A stretch of DNA of 64,000 nucleotides, from positions 136,961-200,960 of the forward strand of contig CBDBCY010000004.1 in the NCBI GenBank assembly GCA_965203555.1, given 5' to 3'. This document shows, one piece after another, positions 61,210 to 64,000 of this stretch. The stretch is from Acidimicrobiia bacterium (GTDB taxonomy: Bacteria > Actinomycetota > Acidimicrobiia > Spongiisociales > ZC4RG35). The notes under the pieces were generated by a model. It had not been told where the DNA came from, ran no database searches, and worked only from the letters and a program-made list of their open reading frames with translations. The translations under genes and the position numbers were made by a program. The first letter of the stretch is position 1, and the number at the start of each line of letters is the position of its first letter.

Positions 61210-61283
61210 GCCCCCTTAGCTCAGACGGCCAGAGCGCCTCCATGGTAAGGAGGAGGTCTCCGGTTCGAATCCGGAAGGGGGCT
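61210..61283 (+). tRNA. tRNA-Thr (anticodon GGT)
   Basis: Acceptor GCCCCCT/AGGGGGC, anticodon stem-loop CCTCC-ATGGTAA-GGAGG, T arm TCCGG-TTCGAAT-CCGGA. Confidence 0.9.
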
Positions 61284-61314
61284 CCCCCGTGCGGCCCGCG
61301 CCGACTACGGGTAA

Positions 61315-61388
61315 AGGCGGCGTAGCTCAGTTGGTAAGAGCGCTCGACTCATAATCGAGAGGTCGGCAGTTCAAGTCTGCCCGCCGCT
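61315..61388 (+). tRNA. tRNA-Met (anticodon CAT), elongator type
   Basis: Acceptor GGCGGCG/CGCCGCT, anticodon stem-loop CTCGA-CTCATAA-TCGAG (no GGG/CCC initiator signature), T arm GGCAG-TTCAAGT-CTGCC. Confidence 0.88.
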
Positions 61389-61420
61389 ACATGGAACCAA
61401 AGACAGCTATCGATAAATAC

Positions 61421-62635
61421 AGAAATGGGGGTGTTTGGTTGTGGGTAAGGTGAGGTTTGAGCGGGTGAAGCCGCATTTGAATGTGGGTACTATGGGTCAT
61501 ATTGATCATGGGAAGACTACGTTGACTGCTGCGATTACTAGGGTGTTGTCTGAGCGGGTTGGTGGGGTGAATGTGGTGACTGGGTTTGATGATATTGATC
61601 GTGCTCCTGAGGAGCGTGAGCGGGGTATTACGATTCAGATTGCGCATGTTGAGTATGAGACTGTTTTGCGTCATTATGCGCATGTGGATATGCCGGGGCA
61701 TGCGGATTATATTAAGAATATGATTACGGGGGCGGCTCAGGTGGATGGGGCGGTGTTGGTGGTGTCGGCGGTTGATGGTCCGATGCCGCAGACTCGTGAG
61801 CATGTGTTGTTGGCGCGGCAGGTGGGTGTGCCGCGGATTGTGGTGTTTTTGAATAAGTGTGATTTGGTGGATGATGGTGAGTTGTTGGATTTGGTGGAGT
61901 TGGAGGTTCGGGATTTGTTGACGGAGTATGAGTTTCCGGGTGATGATGTTCCGGTGGTGAGGGGTTCGGCGTTGTTGGCGTTGGAGGGTGATGTGGTGGC
62001 TGGTGATGGGGTTATGGAGTTGATGGATGCGGTTGATGGGTATGTTGATGTGCCGGTTCGGGATGTGGATCGTCCGTTTTTGATGCCGATTGAGGATGTG
62101 TTTTCGATTACTGGTCGGGGTACGGTGGTGACTGGTCGGGTTGAGCAGGGTGTGTTGCGGGTTGGTGAGGCGGTTGAGGTGGTTGGTTTGCGTGATACGC
62201 GTGGGTCGGTGGCTACTGGTGTGGAGATGTTTAGGAAGTTGTTGGATGAGGGTCGGGCTGGTGATAATGTGGGGGTGTTGTTGCGGGGGGTGGGGAAGTC
62301 GGAGGTGGAGCGTGGTCAGGTGTTGGCTGCTCCTGGGTCGATTTTGCCGCATGTGGGTTTTGAGGCGCAGGTGTATGTGTTGACGAAGGAGGAGGGGGGG
62401 AGGCATAATCCGTTTTTTTCGGGTTATCGTCCGCAGTTTTATTTTCGGACTACGGATGTGACGGGTTCGGTGTTGTTGCCTGTTGGGGTGCAGATGGTGA
62501 TGCCGGGTGATAATGTGGAGTTGTCGGTGGAGTTGATTGCTCCGATTGCGATGTCGGTGGGGTTGGATTTCGCGATTCGTGAGGGTGGTCGGACTGTGGG
62601 GGCGGGTCGGGTCACCAAGATCACCAAATAACCCC
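61421..62635. repeat. Second copy of the 1,215-bp tuf block (partner of 25283..26497)
   Basis: Same evidence as copy 1. After the identical part, similarity continues about 10 nt across a 2-nt C-run indel. Confidence 0.9.
61441..62631 (+). CDS. tuf: Elongation factor Tu, copy 2 (tufB-like position after a tRNA cluster)
   Basis: Translation identical to copy 1; located 52 nt after tRNA-Met on the same strand. Confidence 0.95.
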   Translation: MGKVRFERVKPHLNVGTMGHIDHGKTTLTAAITRVLSERVGGVNVVTGFDDIDRAPEERERGITIQIAHVEYETVLRHYAHVDMPGHADYIKNMITGAAQVDGAVLVVSAVDGPMPQTREHVLLARQVGVPRIVVFLNKCDLVDDGELLDLVELEVRDLLTEYEFPGDDVPVVRGSALLALEGDVVAGDGVMELMDAVDGYVDVPVRDVDRPFLMPIEDVFSITGRGTVVTGRVEQGVLRVGEAVEVVGLRDTRGSVATGVEMFRKLLDEGRAGDNVGVLLRGVGKSEVERGQVLAAPGSILPHVGFEAQVYVLTKEEGGRHNPFFSGYRPQFYFRTTDVTGSVLLPVGVQMVMPGDNVELSVELIAPIAMSVGLDFAIREGGRTVGAGRVTKITK

Positions 62636-62696
62636 CCAAACCCAAAGACTGACGCCAATAGCGCAAGAAGCCAGGACGTAAGAAAGAAAGCAACCG

Positions 62697-62888
62697 ATGC
62701 CAAGTGACAAGAGACCCCCGGTGAAACTTGCCTGCACCGAGTGCAAGCGGCGCAACTACGTGACCACCCGCGGCAGGGCGAACCAGCACGACAAGGCGCA
62801 GCGCCGCAACCTCGTGCGAGGCCGGTTGGTGCTTCGCAAGTACTGTCGGTGGTGCCGCATTCACACTTCCCACCGGGAAACGCGATAG
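62697..62888 (+). CDS. rpmG: 50S ribosomal protein L33
   Basis: 63-aa [15 protein letters not shown] ... [14 protein letters not shown] zinc-ribbon pattern. Confidence 0.88.
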   Translation: MPSDKRPPVKLACTECKRRNYVTTRGRANQHDKAQRRNLVRGRLVLRKYCRWCRIHTSHRETR

Positions 62889-62929
62889 GCCAGGCCAAGG
62901 CGTCTGCTTCCAAGGGGGTGGCCGGCCAG

Positions 62930-63784
62930 ATGACTCTCGCCGATCTGGAGGGCATGGTTTTCGGGCCCGAGCCCCTGCGGGTTTCCAGGGACCGCGTCGC
63001 CGCCTACGTGGAGGTAACCGGCGACCAACCCGATCGATGGGGCGATGTCGCTCCGCCCGGCATGGCCGGCGCCGCGTTGTTTGCGGTAGCTCCCACGTTG
63101 CTTTCTCATCCGGCGGTTATGGCCGAGGGCGGTGCGGCGATTCACGGGGAGCAGGTCTTCATATGGAAGGCCCCACTTCAGGCGGAGGCAACCTGGTCGG
63201 TGGTAGGTGAGGTCAAGCGGGTGCGACATCGTCGGGGCGTCTGGTTTGTGGACTTTTCCGCAGCCGTCGCCGACTCCCATGGCGGGACAATGGTGGAGGG
63301 CAGGTCTTCTTTCCTGATCGCCGGAGGTAGCCCGCCGGCTCGGAGCGGGACGGTGGATACCGAACCGCCTCCCCATCACCGTGCCGACAACCGACCGGCG
63401 TCCGGCGCCGACCTTCCCGAGGTGGGCTGTGAGACTCCCACGCTCTCCAAATCGGCGAGTCGTGCGGATCTGATTCGCTACGCCGCGGTCACCAGGGATT
63501 GGAATCCGATCCACTGGGATCATCAGTCGGCGGTGGGAGCGGGGCTTCCGGGCGTGGTGGTGCACGGATTGGCCTGCGCAGCCTGGATGTGCCAGGGCGT
63601 CACCCGGTTGCTGGACGGAGAGGCGCCCATTGGTAGAGCCAAGTTCCGGTTTCGGCGGCCGCTACGCCCCGCGGTGTCCGCGCAGGTGGAGGGCAGGCGG
63701 ACCGGTGAAGACCGGTTCGCAATGCGTTTGGTCTCGGAAGGACACGTTCTCATCACAGCCACGATGGAGACGGCGCTCCATTAG
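62930..63784 (+). CDS. Double hot-dog (3R)-hydroxyacyl-ACP/CoA dehydratase, fused HadA-like + HadB-like (MaoC) domains
   Basis: C-terminal half carries the hydratase-2 motif (AAVTRDWNPIHWD); N-terminal half is a non-catalytic hot-dog. ATG 62930 (or GTG 62918); ORF track opens at 62741 inside rpmG. Confidence 0.8.
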   Translation: MTLADLEGMVFGPEPLRVSRDRVAAYVEVTGDQPDRWGDVAPPGMAGAALFAVAPTLLSHPAVMAEGGAAIHGEQVFIWKAPLQAEATWSVVGEVKRVRHRRGVWFVDFSAAVADSHGGTMVEGRSSFLIAGGSPPARSGTVDTEPPPHHRADNRPASGADLPEVGCETPTLSKSASRADLIRYAAVTRDWNPIHWDHQSAVGAGLPGVVVHGLACAAWMCQGVTRLLDGEAPIGRAKFRFRRPLRPAVSAQVEGRRTGEDRFAMRLVSEGHVLITATMETALH

Positions 63785-63829
63785 TCGGGCGTCTTTGCCC
63801 AGAATCAAGCCCCGGTAGTCTGTAACCCC

Positions 63830-64000
63830 ATGAGCGCGCGTCCGGTCAAAAGGGATGACGAACACGAGTTGCTGGCCCGAGCCAGAGAGGGTGACAGGGA
63901 AGCCTTCTCGGTTCTGGCCCGGCGGCACCAGCACCAGGTGTTCACTTTGGCGATGCGTTTGGCGGGAGACCACGACTTGGCAGCAGACATATCCCAGGAA
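63830..64000 (+). CDS. ECF-type RNA polymerase sigma factor, 5' partial (runs off the window)
   Basis: ATG 63830: MSARPVKRDDEHELLARAREGDREAFSVLARRHQHQVFTLAMRLAGDHDLAADISQE, a region-2 pattern. Confidence 0.7.
   Translation, partial: MSARPVKRDDEHELLARAREGDREAFSVLARRHQHQVFTLAMRLAGDHDLAADISQE

Overview
High-GC (by eye about 62-65%) bacterial chromosome segment, almost all genes on the + strand. Gene order suggests an actinobacterium-like Gram-positive: alr-tsaE-tsaB-rimI-tsaD-groES-groEL, tRNA cluster-rpmG-HadAB-like dehydratase, and HrcA plus a CIRCE operator. Content from start to end:
- lepA-hemW-hrcA-dnaJ.
- HIT-phoH-7TM/HD-ybeY-CorC-era.
- A 1.2-kb non-housekeeping gap holding a tandemly duplicated small coiled-coil ORF.
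- pyc, icd, a mazEF-like toxin-antitoxin pair, nadA-nadC and a GT2 glycosyltransferase.
- The complete str/S10/spc/alpha ribosomal superoperon: rpsL through rplQ, with fusA, tuf, secY, adk, map, infA and rpoA.
- truA, rplM-rpsI, glmM, a glmS ribozyme and glmS.
- A small low-GC islet, acpS, nnr, alr and the tsa genes.
- CIRCE-groESL, a low-GC lipoprotein gene, a methyltransferase and htpX.
- tRNA-Tyr/Thr/Met, a second tuf, rpmG, a double hot-dog dehydratase and the start of an ECF sigma factor.

I found no rRNA, CRISPR array, transposase or integrase.

The most unusual signal concerns the two tuf copies. They appear nucleotide-identical over about 1,215 bp, and they are written almost entirely in codons ending in G or T: 376 consecutive codons by hand count. 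The G/T run includes the short 5' leader. No neighbouring highly expressed gene shows this pattern. It forces a stop-free antisense frame and removes every A/C-only trinucleotide, including ACA.

Other points worth a second look:
- Single-base frame breaks in G runs in dnaJ and nadA.
- A nadC with no canonical start codon.
- A mazE-like antitoxin with a TAA at codon 3 of its apparent leaderless ORF.
- A glmS ribozyme core between glmM and glmS.
- Two low-GC islets.

All calls come from reading the sequence and ORF translations and recognising motifs. No database search or computation was run, and coordinates of non-ORF features were hand-counted.
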